In this document: positions 14,101 through 28,443 of the stretch, piece after piece
Layout of the letters: each line of letters starts with the position of its first letter
How positions within the stretch are numbered: position 1 is the first letter of the stretch
DNA from: Vicugna vicugna
Lineage: Eukaryota
Assembly (NCBI GenBank): GCA_013265495.1
Contig: MU058636.1
Coordinates: 3,707,967-3,771,966, forward strand
Direction of reading: 5' to 3'
Length of the DNA: 64,000 bases
Notes under the pieces: generated by a model
Databases searched by the model: none
The model's input: the letters and a program-made list of their open reading frames with translations, nothing else
Told to the model about the DNA's origin: nothing
Made by a program: the position numbers and the translations under genes

Positions 14101-17100
14101 CGGCCTCCACTTGGATGACTCAGTCTCTGACATGTCTGGGCTCTTAAGGCTGTCCTGAGCTTTGGGGGAAGGTCACCAGACCTCAGTTTCTTTACCCGAA
14201 GAAGCTGAGCAAGATCTCTAAATCTCCTTTCTGCCTGACCATTGTGTGATTTTATTATCTGAGACACTGAGCAAACAAGCAATGCAGAAACACAGGCAAT
14301 GGAAGCCGTGGGCAATCCTTAAATCATGTGTGTCTGGCTTCCAAATGCAGCACGAGACCACGTAAAAGATGCATCTGCTTCCACCTTCCCACGACTCCGT
14401 GCTGGGACAAAGCTTGGAAGGTATGCCCGCAGGATGTGGGTAATTCTCAGTAAGAACTTGACTTCTCACCTTCCAGCGTCAGCAGAGGAGGGCCAGCCCC
14501 CCCCCCCGATCTGGAAACTTCCAGCACTTTCTGTCTGTGGGGGGAGAGGTCGAGAAGGAATGGGCTTAGAAGGGAGGCTGTGCTCCATTAAGATCGAAGC
14601 TAAACCAGAAACTTTTAACAGGTCACCCCTTCTAGTAATATTTTTGTTTTTAAAAGAGAACTTTTTAAAGGGCAAGTTATTTTTAAAAAAATCAGATTCT
14701 GCTGGTTGAAATGTTAAGAATGCAAGCAGGAGGGAGGGGCATGGCGTTTAGGCTCCTCTAGTCTTATCTGATAGCTCCCACCTGGCCTCAGTCCTCAGTA
14801 TTTCTTGGGAAATGGCATATGCGATTTTAAAGACCGTTGGAATCCCTTTCCAGCCAAAGTCTGAAGGAAGATTTGGGTTCTGGCTCCATTTGAAGAAACC
14901 CAGGTTGTGCTTCCCCCAGTGTTTAGGATCGGATGGTTTCTGCTTATCTAAAGTGCTCACATTGCAAATATGAGCAGCAGAGCTGGGGATTTAAATTCTG
15001 TCTTGATGGGAATTTGAACTGAAATACTCTGCCCACTGCCACTTTATAAGCCGGGAATCATCAAGCTGGCTACAAATACCTCGAGGGGGCCTTGCCGTGG
15101 CTCCACATAAATCAGCAAAATGACAGGCAATTGACTTTGAAGACAGCACTCACATGGCTGAGTGGCTGGAGCTGCTGGAAGCAGATGAGGGCATTTTCCT
15201 GTAAACATGGCCGTGATTAGCACTGGAGTAAACAGGTGAGTGGGCTCTGTCTGTCAGACTCCAGCCTGCTCTGGATTTTTCATTTTGTAGAAATTAACAT
15301 GCGACTCAGAGCGGCAAAATTGGCAATTCTGAGACAGAAGCTTCTATCGCAACATGTGGTGAAGACTTCGGATTTCCCCAGAAGGTGAGCAAGAAGATCA
15401 GTTGATATGGCTGTGTTTTCGTGGAGCAAGAAAACAGGAGCGTGGGAACCAGACGGTTCAATGGAAAAGCCATTCCACTCACAGTCCGTGCTCTGATGCT
15501 GTCTGACAAAGTTTGGCATTGCTCAGGTTTTGGCTAAGTGGACAAGTGAGCCTTTGAAAGGCTGACCTTACTAGTGTCATCTGAAGTCACCAACCCACAT
15601 GCCTGAAGAGGTCAGGAAGGTGACATCAGAGGCTAAACTGGATGGCTGGGGGCTGAGGCCACCCGGAGTGAGGCCCTGTCCAGGGATACAGGCTGACCTG
15701 CTCCAGAGGGGGGTTTGCCAACTGGGACAGAGAGCCTGGGGTTGTTATACCAACTGATTCGTCAAAAGATGCCAGAAATCAGGATTTTTGTGAAACACTA
15801 TGTCTGCCAAAGAAAATATGCCTACGGGCCAAAGCAACCTCTGGTGCTGAGTGGCAGGGCTACCTTCATTTTGGTTCCTGCGAATCCATTCCAGCTACAC
15901 CAGGTCTCTGAGCCGTTTAAGAGGATCTCAAGAAGGGGAGGGGGAGGGGGCGCAGACTCCCTGGCAGAGGAGAGCTAGGTCTACCAGCTCTCCAGATCTA
16001 GGTTTTTTTTTTTTTAATTTCAAATTTAGATCTTTCATGCTGCAACTTCAATCCCTGCTTTTTATTCTCAGCCAGTGGAAATTCAGGACAACTGCTCATC
16101 ATTGCTGGAATAATCATAACTCACACGAGAATTTTAAACTCAATTGGCAGTTAGCAGAAGGCAGGCCTGTTGAATGCTCCGGAGCCCCGTTTCCTCGCGG
16201 GGAGCTCATGCTGTGGAGAAGCGGGAAGGCCAGGGGCTCTGCTGGGCCTGGGACAGGCCGCCAAGGGCTTTGAGCCTCCGCTTCTCCTTTACAGGAAGAC
16301 TTCTCCCTCCGCCCTGGGGTCCTCTCCTGTGCAGAGCAGGTTCCGGCTGAGGGCAGGAAGCTGTGTCGGTCTCCCCTGGGTCCAGCTCGTCTGAGGGTGA
16401 CTCTCAAAGCCACACCTTGCCCCTCATGTGATTTGGGGCAAATTCCTTCACCTTTCTAAGTCTTGGCATCCTCATCTGTCACATAGGGACTGAAAGAGTG
16501 ATGGTAGACTTCTGGTGAGAAGGAAGGGAAATGGTCTGAGTCAGTGCTCAGCTCTGATGCGGGCGCGCAGTGAGTCTGGAAGGCACTGCTCAGGGGACGA
16601 GCTGGGCTTGGTGTCATGATGGAGGCAGGGAGTTTAGAGCTCTCGAGGTTTCTGGATGACTGGGTGGAGAATGGAGCCATGAATTAAGACAGGGGACACC
16701 TGAGAAGAACTGGCCTGGGAGACAGGTAATTTGCTTAATTCCTGACATGCTGAATAAGTCACCTCAGAACTTTGAGGTAGAGAGGTCCAGTCAGAAGTCA
16801 AGACGTGGGTCTGGATTCTTGGCTGGGACAGGCTCAGTTTCGAAGCAGCAGTGGCAACTGTGCACAGGTGAGGTTGCCCAGAGAAAGTGTATCTTCGGGG
16901 GAGAAGAGACCCCAGGAGGACTGAGACCCCAGACCAGAGGTCTAGTGGAAGGGGAATCAGGGAAAAGAACGGAGAAGCTGCATCTCTGGAAGGAGGAACC
17001 CCCAGAAAAGGTTTCATGGGAACCAACGGAGAAATGGAGAATGTGGCTCCATTTCACGAGGTCTGCACTCTGATGAAAAAGCCAAAACAACCCTTGCAAC

Positions 17101-20100
17101 AACCAAAAGACTTCTCAGGGAGGTGAACCCCGAGAGGATGAGGGAAGGACCCGAGAGGCGTTCCAGTCTAGTGTGCGGGTGGCGCTGCTCGGTGCCCCCA
17201 GGGGCTGTGGAGAAGGGCTCTCAGGGGTCTTGTAGGTGAGGCCCTCTGGGGACAGTGACAGCAGAGATTTGGGGACTGCACCCGGCTCAGTGGTGCACAC
17301 TGGAGTGCACTGGGGGACTCTGGGAGACTCTGTGGGGTGGACGTGGGGGCTTTGTGGGATGGAGTGGGGGCTGCCGTCTGTGTCCAGCAAGTGCACCCCA
17401 GGGTGGCGTTCGCTTGCTCACTGCTGAGCATTCTGGGGCTTGAGTGGGGAGCAAAGGCTCCGGCTGCCATCTCCCAGGGAGGCAGCGGCCCCTCTTTGCC
17501 TGTTTAGGGCTGACAGCCTATGCTACGGAGAGTGGAGAGGAGGTGCTGGGGGATTTGGGGCCTTGGCATCACTGCATGGGGCTCCTTGAGTGTGAGGGGA
17601 CCAGAGAAAGGGCCCAGGAGGCAGAGGGACGGTGGATACTAAGGAACCCTGGCAGATGGATGGATGGATGGTGGAACACAGGGAGGGTTGGAAAATCCCA
17701 GGAAATGAAGAGAGATGTTTCAGAGGGGAAACATCATTGCGCCATAGGAAGCAGCCATTATGTTTTGCTGAAAGGGAGAGGAACCCACCAGACAGCGCTG
17801 GAGGCTGCAGATGGTCACCAAGGGCCAGCGAGCACATGCCTGCAGCCCTGAGCCTGACCTGGCCCTTCCCTCTGGGCGGCCGGGACCTCCCTGCCTCCCT
17901 GGGGAAGCAGCAGCCGGTGGGCACCGTGCTGTCGGGAAGATCCAGGTGGCTGTGTGTGGACACACTGGGCGAAGACACAGGATGGGGCCATGTGGCAGGG
18001 ACCTGGCGCCAAGGGCAGGTGGGCCCACCGAGGCCGCCAGACAGCCCGAGTCCTCCACTGGTTGCAGGGACCCAGCTGGGGACGCGCCCAAACCAGCTTC
18101 TGTTCTTCTCTCCCTGTGGCCTCCTTTGAACTTGAACCCGGCAAAGCCAGAGCCACAGTAAAACAGCAAAGGAAGCAGGTGCTGCTGCGAAGGGCAGCAG
18201 ACAGGCTGGTGGCTCTTCTTCCCAGGCTGGCTGGGCACCTCCAGAGCTGCCGCCTTCATTTCTGCGCCCTGCATCCCCCCTTCCCACATGGACCTGCTCA
18301 GGACCCACGTCAGCTCCCAGTTCCAACGCGGAAAATATAGCAGCGCGCAATATGTTGTTTTGGCAGAAAGCTATGAATTCGAGTATGGAATGTCTGTCAC
18401 GGGGGCCCATCCAATTAACTCACTTGTCGAGCAATCAGAATAAGTAGTTTGAGAGGAGGCGAGTGCGGCTTTGCTCAGACCTTTATTTCTTCTCTGTTCT
18501 CCTGGTGAGGCGGGTCTGTCGTCACCAGGATGTGGATTTAGGGCCGAGGAGGAAAGAATACACGCCTTCCCCTTGGCTCTCCCCTTCGTGGGAAGAAAGG
18601 GGGTCATTTCTGTGCATGTCCAACCCTGGAGCCCTGGGGAACTTCTGTTTATGGAGGTGTTCTGGAGGCAGCCCTGCAAAATTCCCTGGTTTTGTTCATT
18701 CAGAGACAAGGCCTGGGCCTGAGTGAGGAGGTCCTCTCCCTCCTCAGGTTTTCCTCTGTGGCTGATGGGCTGGGTGGGTGCGGGGGCAGGGGCAGGGGGA
18801 TAGCCAGCCTGACATATGTCCCCGTGGGACCTGGGATCCCTGGACAGGGCCCTGGGCACCAGGGGAGAGAGGAGACACTGAGTCGGATGCTGGCATGGCC
18901 CCCAGAGTAGCCTCGGGAAGAAGTCCGGCTACACAGGAGAGCCGCCGTGAAAGAAGCTCCTTGGACACAGGCAAGTCATCCTGTGTGGGTTCCTGGGAGC
19001 CCAGGGCAGCTGCCTTCCCCAGGATTACAGCTGTGCAGGATGATTTTAGAGGAGATCAGCAGATCCAACTGCGCAGAGGATGTCTTCCTTTGAGCGTCTT
19101 CATTTGCTTCTGTGTCTGTACATCCTTTCAAGGTGGAGGTGAAACCTAAGGCCATTCGGCAGGGAGCCCGCATCCCTGAGTTCTGAACAACATAACATGA
19201 GCGAGTTTCCTGCTGCCACAGGCGCAGCCAGGGGACAGTTTCAGTTCCCTGAACAGCTCTCCCAAGCTCGGTGCTTCTGAAAAGCACCCTTCCAGCGTCT
19301 GCAGGCGCCCTCCATCCCCACCCGGGCCCCCAGCACTGCCACCTCCCCTTCCCAGCATTCACACTCTGGGATTTCACACCAGCATTTCTCCAACAGTAGT
19401 GCAAAAGCCTCATCCAAGGCAAAAGCATTTTTTGACCTTTGCTCTTGGAGGCAAGTTCCCCTAAGTAACGAGGACCCAGAACATTGTCTGTAGCACCGCA
19501 GCCCAGATTCCACATCCTGGGCCACCAGTCAGAAGTCAAAGGCTCCTTCCTTAGGGGCTGCAGACTAAGTTTGTCTTTGTGCTGTGGTGCTGCTTCCATT
19601 TCAAAGGCTTCACCAGCGAATCCAGTGAGTCATTCCTGGAATCTTCAGGAGTCTCCATGGTGACGGGGCTGAGAGGGCCGGAGGGAAGCCAGCATTCACT
19701 CCACTTCCCAACTAGTTCCTCTTTTCTGATTTTTTTTTTTCCTTTTTCAGTAAAAAGTAGGGCTGAGGCTGTGGCTTTTTTGTTTCTAAAGCAAATCACA
19801 AAATGGGAACTCCCTAGGCTCCTTTCCTATTTTGTCAAAAAACATTCTATATCAATATGCACTCTGGTCTTTAACTGCCTCTGTTGAGACCATAAAAAAC
19901 AAAAACTGCGTTTGTGAGGTTTTCTGTTTCTTTTTTATTCTACCAGTGTTTTGAGAAACAGTCCGATTTTCCTGTTTATCTCAGTGGAAGGGCCTTGGTT
20001 AAACTGCCATTGTCCGGGAACACAGATACCAGTAGCGTCAGCCCCAGAGGGTGGAACGCCTTTCTGGCCCACCAGCCACACAGCAGAGGTTGACCAGAAG

Positions 20101-20407
20101 TCTGAAAATACCGTCCAATCATAGTTGGCAGAGATGTGTGTGTTCTTCTGTCCCCAGTGCTCTCCATACGCACAGAGCGATTCTCCTATAATGCTCAGGG
20201 CAAAGCACTTCTTTTCCCACATGGGACTAAGTATTAAACTCTGTCCCCAATGTAACGAGAACTGATCAACATAAATACACTTGCCTAATCTTTCTGGTGC
20301 AAATCTTGTGTCATAGCGGTGTGTCACCCGAATGCTCGCGTGTGTGAGTGGCAATGACTTCACAACAAATGTGATCTGAATTCTGCGGCTTCTGGGTTCT
20401 TAGGACA

Positions 20408-20565
20408 CAGTTTCTTAGCTTTTGGGGGGTCACAGAGCCTTTAAAGAGTTACTACAAGCCCTGACCCCTCTCTCAGAAGAGTACATACACACACGCATTT
20501 CGCAGACAAACCCAGAAGTTCACGGACCTGGGAAGCTGATAGCTGAGTTTCTGGGTAAGAATCCA
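20408..20565. mobile_element. hAT-Charlie MER103-like element
   Basis: gggggtcacagagccttt...gacccctctctcagaa...catacacac...gttcacggacc...ggtaagaatcc. Confidence 0.55.
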
Positions 20566-21093
20566 GCCTCAGGAGGAATTTTCTTGCAAGAACTTTCTTA
20601 GTACTGCTTTGTTCTCTGGTCCAATCCAATTCACCACTGTTCCAGACACACTGAGTACAGCTGAACCCCCACCGTGGGCGCACCCAGCCCAAGCCGAGGC
20701 TGCCACAATGTGCACACAAGTTTTCAGTCCTCTACTCCACATACGCTGCCTATAAATAAGCGTGTAAAAGAAAGTATTTCCTTCTCCAGCCTGCTCTTCA
20801 GGGCCTTTTGTAAAGAGGAGTCTAGCTCTGCTTGGAAAGATGAAGCACACAGGCTTCATGCCAAACCCCAGGCAGCCCAGGACTCCAGCACTTGGGGTTG
20901 GAGGGTCCAGAAGATACGTATGTGGGTCCTTATCTAGCTGGAATTTTTTAAAAAATCACACATACGATTCATCTTCCTATTTTTCTGGTTGTTGTTCTCT
21001 TTCTTGGGAAGAAGATACTTACAAAGTAGATTTGATCTAGCTTCACTCTGCCCCACATTTTGCTCTTAAGCTCCTGGATGTTGAGATGGTCCC

Positions 21094-21530
21094 TGTATCC
21101 GTTTCCTAGGGCTGCTATCACCAATGACCACAAACTTCGTGGCTTTAAACAATAGAAATTTATTCTCTCACAGTTCTGGAGCCAGACATCCAAAGTTCAA
21201 GTGCTGGCAGGCTCGCACTTCCTCTGTAGGCCTTACGGGAGGAGCCTTCCTTACTTCTTCCAACTTGTGGGGGCTCCAGACATCCCTTGGCTCCGCCTCT
21301 GCCTCCATCTCTCCAGGCTCAGCCTTCTCCCTGGTGTCTCTCTCTGTGTGTCTCTTAGAAAGATGCTGGTCATTGGATTTAGGCACCACCCGGCTGATCC
21401 AAGATGATCTCATCTGAAGATCCCTAACTTAAAACTTAATTTACATCTGCAAAGACTATCCTTCCAAGTCAGATCTCATTCACATGTTCCAGGCATTAGG
21501 ATGTGGACCTCGCTTTGGGGGCCCCACGGT
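21094..21530 (-). mobile_element. MaLR LTR, MLT1-like
   Basis: tgtatccgtttcctagggctgct...aaatttattctctcacagttctgga...ccaagatgatctcatct...ttacatctgcaaagac. Confidence 0.85.
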
Positions 21531-24500
21531 ATTGCTCATTTACATCCCCAGGATCTGACAGTGCCTGGCAGGCAGTCACAGCTCAGCAAGGCTTCTGTGT
21601 ATTTGCGCTGGATGGGTTGGAATCGAACCTGGCAACCAGGTGTTCTATCTACTCGATTCTGAATAAAGGTGGTTTGTGCTTGGAAGAAGCTCAGTGTCTT
21701 CAGCATCCTTGACTATGAAAATAGCTACCAGACTAATTAGCACACAGAGTTTCTTGCTTTCCCTTTGGGAGTTCTGATAAAGTATTTGATGCCATTGTTT
21801 CAACTTACTACCTTCTAAGTATGCAGGAATTATTTAGGAATAAAGCAAATATGTTTGAAGGTCTTTTTTTCTCCCCTGAAGTGGGGTCTTCTCAGACCCT
21901 CAGCATCTGAAAATAAGTTGGATTTTACTTATGAGATAACCTTTTGTGTATATGTTTCATAATATTTATTAGGACAAAAAGATATGCATTTATAAGAGTA
22001 TGATTATATATTTTCATGTAGGTGGTCTCATTTCTGTCATCTGGCATTTCATTGACACCTAATATTGACTTCATTCAGATGATATGCATACAAAGGAAGT
22101 GACATGTCTTTTTTCTCTTTAAAAATACAGCTGTGCCTGATGTTCTCGTAGAGAGTAAATGAATATAATCTGACTTCCCCCTGCTCTGGAGTGCAAATTT
22201 TAAGCTTTCAATGTACTATGAAGTCTTGCCAACCTCCCTATCTGCAATGATTTTATTTGACAAGGTTAAAAGTGGTAGTGAGAAGTCTGGCTTTGCCAGT
22301 GGGAACTATTTAAAACAACTTCTCCCTGCGAATGTAATTCACACAGTACATACCTTGCAATTTCATGCGGCTGGTCATATTTTATTTATGAAATGTTTGG
22401 AAACTGGAATCCAAAATTAGGGAAGGTTCAAAGTCTTTGTTCCCTATGCATAGTGTAAATTAGTTCAAGTGGCTTTATTTTCATGGTCTTGTTCCACATT
22501 CTTTTAAAACTAAGACTTGGGGAGGCCCTTATTAATATCTTTGTCATCATTTATCCATTTTACAATGAACAAACAACAGGAGAATCAGAAGAAATCAGCC
22601 AGAGAAAAAGCGGGCTCCCTGTCTCAGGGGTCAGACCACGTGCATGCGGGAGGCGGCGGAAACGCAGGAGCTAGACTGCTGCCGATCAAAGCACACCGTT
22701 CGGCGCAGCCCAGCTTAAATGAGGGCGTGCATGGCGCATCTTGAAGTTGAAGATGCATTAACACAAGCCTTTCAACGTCACGTAGTAATAAGCCCCAGCA
22801 ACGACACAGCATCAATCAACTGCATAAGACTTCGCTACAAAAGCCTCCACGTACCCGCAAGGGATCCCTGTAGGCAGATTCCGTGTCCGAGTTCAAAGGA
22901 CGGTTAGAGTTGCCTCCTCCTTGTCCTGCTCTCAGCTCTGCAAACCCTTTACAATTTTCTTTCTTTCCCCAAAGTATTTTAGTTCATCTACAAATGAGCT
23001 GGCTCCCCTGCAAAAACTAGTCAACTTGTCTACCACAATTAGTAAGTCTCATTGTTTCAAAGTACTGTGTATTTGATTTTTAAGCTCCCTGACAGCTCTA
23101 TGCGGTTTTAATTAACTTCTTCGAATAGAGTTGTTTTAAACTTGAAAGTGTTCCTGGATAAAAATTAGCATTATCAGTTTGTGTGCTGTGTGTGTTTTAA
23201 GCCTGTGGTAAGCTTTTTCCTTGCTGTAACGGGCTGCAGAGAGATGAGAGGCTATTTATTTATCAAAGGCTGGCTTTTCCTGCATAACTTTGTGACAGAG
23301 ACCGGCCGGGATTATTTTGTAGAAAATTGGGCCCAGACCAAATAAAATGGAGGGAAGGACAACTGATTCTGGCTTTCAAAACCATCTGTGTTTGCAACTG
23401 CCTACAAGTTCAGTGTCTGAGGCCCATCTTCTTTATCATTCTTAGCTAGCACTGTGATACAGGCTTTTAAAAACATGGTTTCTGGAGCACTTTCAATACA
23501 CCTAAGCTTGGGGCCCTGCTCGTTGGCTCCTTGCCTTTGTCGGATACAGGGTAGCTGTATATTTTTTTGTCCATGACAGTGGATGGGGGTACTAGCTGGA
23601 TGGGATGCCAAGGCAGCAGTGTGAACCAGGACATCCCGGCAAACAGGCGTGTTGGGTCTCCCCAGACAGTTGGAAGTTTTGCGTCCCCCTGGGCCACTAC
23701 CAAGGGCTTTTGAAGGCCCCGTGTGTGCTGGAAGTGTGGCTAAACTTTATCTGCTAATGATTCTCATAAATCCAGGCATCCTCTCTTTTTGGAATCATCC
23801 ATTACTTCCTCCTTGGTCCATCAACCTCTGTACCTTCTGGACCCCCAGACACTTCCACCAGAAGCCCTCCTCCTGCAGATAGCACTCCCATCCGTGTCTC
23901 CCATCTCCACCTGTGGAGGCTGTAGTGACTGTTCCAGACCTAACTCAACAGTGCCTCGTCGGGAAGGAGTAGGTGGGGAAAGTTGGCATCACTAAGCCCC
24001 CACCGGGCTGTATTTGTGTCCTTCTTGGGGCACCTGCCTCTTTCCACTTCGTTACAGTTTTGGTGCGGCATCATATTCTCTGCTGAACCGAGAGGTGGGA
24101 CCAAGCACATAGGCTGGACTTCACAGCCTCCCTGGATTTCAGCCCCTCCTCTTAGCTACTTCTCATTTTAATTCCAGTCTGTTTGATGTATTCTCTTCTA
24201 AAGTGTGATAAGAAACAAGCATACAAGAAGATTGAAAGCCTTGCTGAATTTGGCACTTGCAAGGAACAGGCCCTCACTATTGCTGGGTTCGAATTCTGGC
24301 TTCCCCATTGACGAGCTGTGCAATCTTGTGCCAGTCACCTAAACTCTCTGTGTCTACAAAATGGGGATAATAATAGTCCCTACTTCCTAGGGTTGTAATG
24401 AGGGCTGAGTCCTCACAGAACAGAGCATGGAGATATTCAATATGCAATATCTTAGCTTTTCTTATTCTAGTTGCAGCTCTATTATATTGCATATATTGTA

Positions 24501-27500
24501 GTTATATTAACCACATAAACTACAGTTACACAGTCAGACTGCATTTCCTATTTCTTGAGATTTTATCCACATGTTTGAATTGCACTGTAACTAAAAGAAA
24601 ACCAAGACCTATCAGCAGTGCCACAGTAGGGAGGCCTGTTGTGTCCATGTACACACCTGGCACACCAGTGATGTCCGCTGGGGAACTATTGCCTTGATGA
24701 CCCAATGGACACTTGACGGGACAGGATGGTGAAAGCGAGAGTTGGTGGTGGCAATGCAGCAAAGAGCAGTCCGAGCCACCTCCTACCCTCTCCCCTTGAG
24801 GTCAGAGAGCTGAGATGCTGGGTCTCTGCACATCTGTAGAATAGGAACAATAAAAGAGCGTACCTCGTGGGCTTGAAGCAAAGATCAACTAGAAACTGAT
24901 CAATACGTAAAGCAGCTGGCATGGTTTCTGGTGCAGAAGTGACTGGTTGTTCTCAGCATGCGTCCTGAACTCCAGGTGACTGTTGAGAGACGTGTGTCGA
25001 GTGTCCTGGAGAAGGTGCTCCCAGACTTCCTTTAACTGTGGGGAATCCTGTGTGGCTCCACTAGGGGGATTTCAACAACAGACTGAGAATGCAGAGATCT
25101 CTCTTTTTACCGGGAATCACTGGTGGGGGCAGCACCTCCCCCTCTGTGAGCATTCACTGCAGGAAGGCCAGCATCTACAGGTAGAAAATGGTCAGAGACA
25201 GAGATAATATACAGATACAGGAGTGACCGTCAGCAACAGAAGTGGTGACAGATTAAACCCATTAAGTCACAGGCTGGAAACAGACAAGAAATCTCTATTA
25301 ATCACCAAGGAGAAGATGTGACCTTTCAGAGACTCAGCCAGGAGAGAGGAGGTCAGAGCCGAGGTGGGAGCTCAGAGCCAGAGGGTTGCTAATAAATAGC
25401 ATGGTTCTTGCCTCCTGCACCCCTGGAGTGACTCTGGCTGTGGTGGCCTGGAGAACCAGGGGTTACACACAACACAGAATCACACTCCAGGGAAAGAAAA
25501 TGGTTTACAAGTGCATCTGTACCTGACTCACACATCTGTCTTGTTCTAAGAATTCCCAAGGAAGGGAATTCCACCAACTTTTCTTGCCCTTCTGTGCCAA
25601 TAATTAGAAATTTTTCTCTATGTTTATTCTTATTAATGCCATTTCTTTTTTAATCTCTGTTCATGGAATGATAGACAGATAAGGAGGGGGGTTGCGTTCT
25701 TCTACAGCAAGCGCGACTCAGAGTCCAAATGGCACAGCTGCCGTCAGTTAATTTTCACTTAGATCTTAACCTCTCAGTTTATTTCACTTGGACTGTGAAT
25801 ATTAAAGTAGAAATAATGCTTTGTGACCTTTACGCAAGGCTCCTCCTCCCTTTCCCTTGTGGTTTTGTGAACTATACAATCCAGTTCTGTAATATCCTTA
25901 TTTCTGGACTTCTAACCTGTTTCCGCTAGCCGGAAGGTGACTAACGCTAAAAACCACCTACTACACCACTGCTTCCGAGGCACATCAAATGCTCATTTCA
26001 AATGGTAATGGCTGTCCTTGGAACCGAGGCTAAATTTACTTAAACTAAGAAGTCCCAGCTTTGCTAGACCCTCTCCAGTTCGGTTCCCTTTACCTCCCCA
26101 AGGATGCAATGAGAAAGACTTCAGAAGCGAGCGCACTGGTGGGCCTCAGTTACACCCAGGCCGAGTTCCAGCGAGTGCTGTGACTCTGTGATGCTCTGAG
26201 GGAGGCATGACCATGGAGAGGGCTCGCTGTAAACTTCTCCTTGGCAGGAGCTGTGCACGTCACCGTGTTTGCTCTGGTGAAGTAGACTTCAATGGCAGCA
26301 TAGTGAGGGATGCAGTTGGGGCGGGAAGGCAGTCAGGAGAACTTTCTTTAGCGGCCTCCAGATCTTTCAGACCAACTTCCCTCTGTACTGCCATCTCCGC
26401 CCCCCCACCCCCACCCCAGCCCCAGGCGTCTAGGCGGCAGCTCAGACTTTGAAGTTGCCTGACTCCCAGGTTGAAAGCTTGGAGGAGGTCAAGGAAGGAA
26501 GGGAGCTCAAGGCCGGTGCAGTCCCTCGTGCGAGGACAGTGTTCATGGCCTCCACCCACGGCGCCCACCTGACACTCCGGCCACAGCCCAGCAGAGCGCT
26601 GCCCGTGCCTGCCTCCGGGAAGCTGTGTGGCCAGCTGGAAATGCACTGGGGCGGGGTGGGGGGGACACTTCCCCCAAGTATGCTGTGGACTAGGTCTACC
26701 GGTCCCCCGTGGTTTTCAGGAAAGAGAGTGAAAGATTGGAGTTATTTTGAAATTCTGTTTGTTTGCAGGACTGCATTTGTCCTGCTGAGGGTCCAGGCTG
26801 GGGAAGGACCACACGTGGAAGCAGACTATGGGCCGGGGGTAGGTTTTTCTACCCCTGGGCCCTGGGGAATGATGACACCGGTGGAGGAGGAGTTAAAACG
26901 GAGACATTCGGATGCGGTGTGTATGGAACAGGCAACAGTGAGAAGCGAAGGAGGTGATGGTGGCAAGGGTGGTGCTGATTTACGTGCGAATATGTTGGCT
27001 GTTACTTTCATATTCTGTCCAGGAGCCTCCTGGCTGCTGGGCTGTGAGTGGCTGATTTCACTTTCCTGTGTCCTACAGCGCGGTCTCTGTTGTTGGCAAC
27101 TGGGATTGGGGAGGGTCCAAGAAGAGAACACTAAACATTCACATCGTTTTTATGACCGACTTTTGTTGCTGGCACCTTCCTCTTGGAAAAAGACATTGAT
27201 TCACGACTGAACAACCCCTATACACGGAGGCAAACATCCTTGGAGCCTCCCAGCTGGTTTCTGTTTACAAGAACGGATGGTTCCCAAAGGCTTGTCAGAA
27301 AATGGCTGAGAGAAGAGTCAGAGTGAAGAAGTTGATGTTTTACTTCTGCCTCCGTCCCTCCACGTCGGAGTCTGAAATTCTTGCTGTGGGCCATATGGAG
27401 TAGATATTCCAGAAGGAAATTATATACCGCTCTCTGTTTCTGCTCAAAGGCTTTTCACTTTGTCAAGTGGACCCTTTGAAGCAGCCTTCTCCTTACCTCA

Positions 27501-28443
27501 GATTCTGACATGAATACTTGTTTAATTGCCTTTCAGTCTACACAAGATAAGGAACCATGTCTCAAAATTGTATAATTCTCTTAACCAAACAATAGCAGAA
27601 CCACCCTGAGCAGTTTTCAAAGAAAGAAAAGAGTTTCTTACATATGTTAAGCATTTTATTCTTGGCCAAGTGCTGTGCTCTGTTGTGCTTTGTTAAATTG
27701 GATAATGCATATGAAGGGTTGTGTCAATTGCATCGTATAACAAAAACGTATGATTTTATAACAATTATTGATTTGATTTTCCGTATAAGAGACTGAGGCT
27801 CAGGGAAGGGAAGTTACAGCCCGGATCACAGCCATTAAGCTCAGCTCAGACAGTGGTTAGTTCCCATCCTCTGCTGAGCTCTCTCCTCGCCCCAGTGGAG
27901 GCCAAGATCATCCTGAACCCACAGCACAGTCTCGCTCTGGGTTGCCGCATCCTGGTTCGCTCTCTCCCCTTGCAGGGTTCAGGCAGAGACTTGGCTTTTT
28001 ATCCTGCGCCATTGCTGCCAATCACTCTACTGCAGAGCCCCTCCCCTCAGGCTGGGGCAAAGGAGTTATTACAATCCCTAGATTGCATAATATACAGGTA
28101 GCTTTTTCTTTAAAATAATTTTGTCCCTGAAATAAGTGCGCAATCCATTTCTGTATTTTTAAAAAGCTGCCAGCAAATTCTCCTGGTAGGATGTGGTCTT
28201 TAGCTTCAGGTGTTTTAAGAGCGTGCCGGGACTGCTGCGGCTGGAGTCACAGGGAGCTGACGCACCAGCCACCCCACCCCCAGCCCGCCACCAGGGCAGA
28301 GCCCGCCCCGAGGGGCAGGAGGACACAGGGCCCAGGACGCCCCCAACACCAGCTGACCCTGTGGGGCTGGGCAAGGATCTGGGAGGAGGGGCCAGACGCA
28401 GGTGGGGAGGGGGTTCCTGGTGCTACAAGAGAGGGTTCGTGAG

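Noticed and set aside
17444..18410. Cluster of 110-295 aa ORFs
   Set aside because: GC-rich intergenic sequence with no recognisable protein or consistent splice structure.
26449..27210. 253-aa ORF
   Set aside because: Non-ATG start and no recognisable homology; likely a chance ORF.
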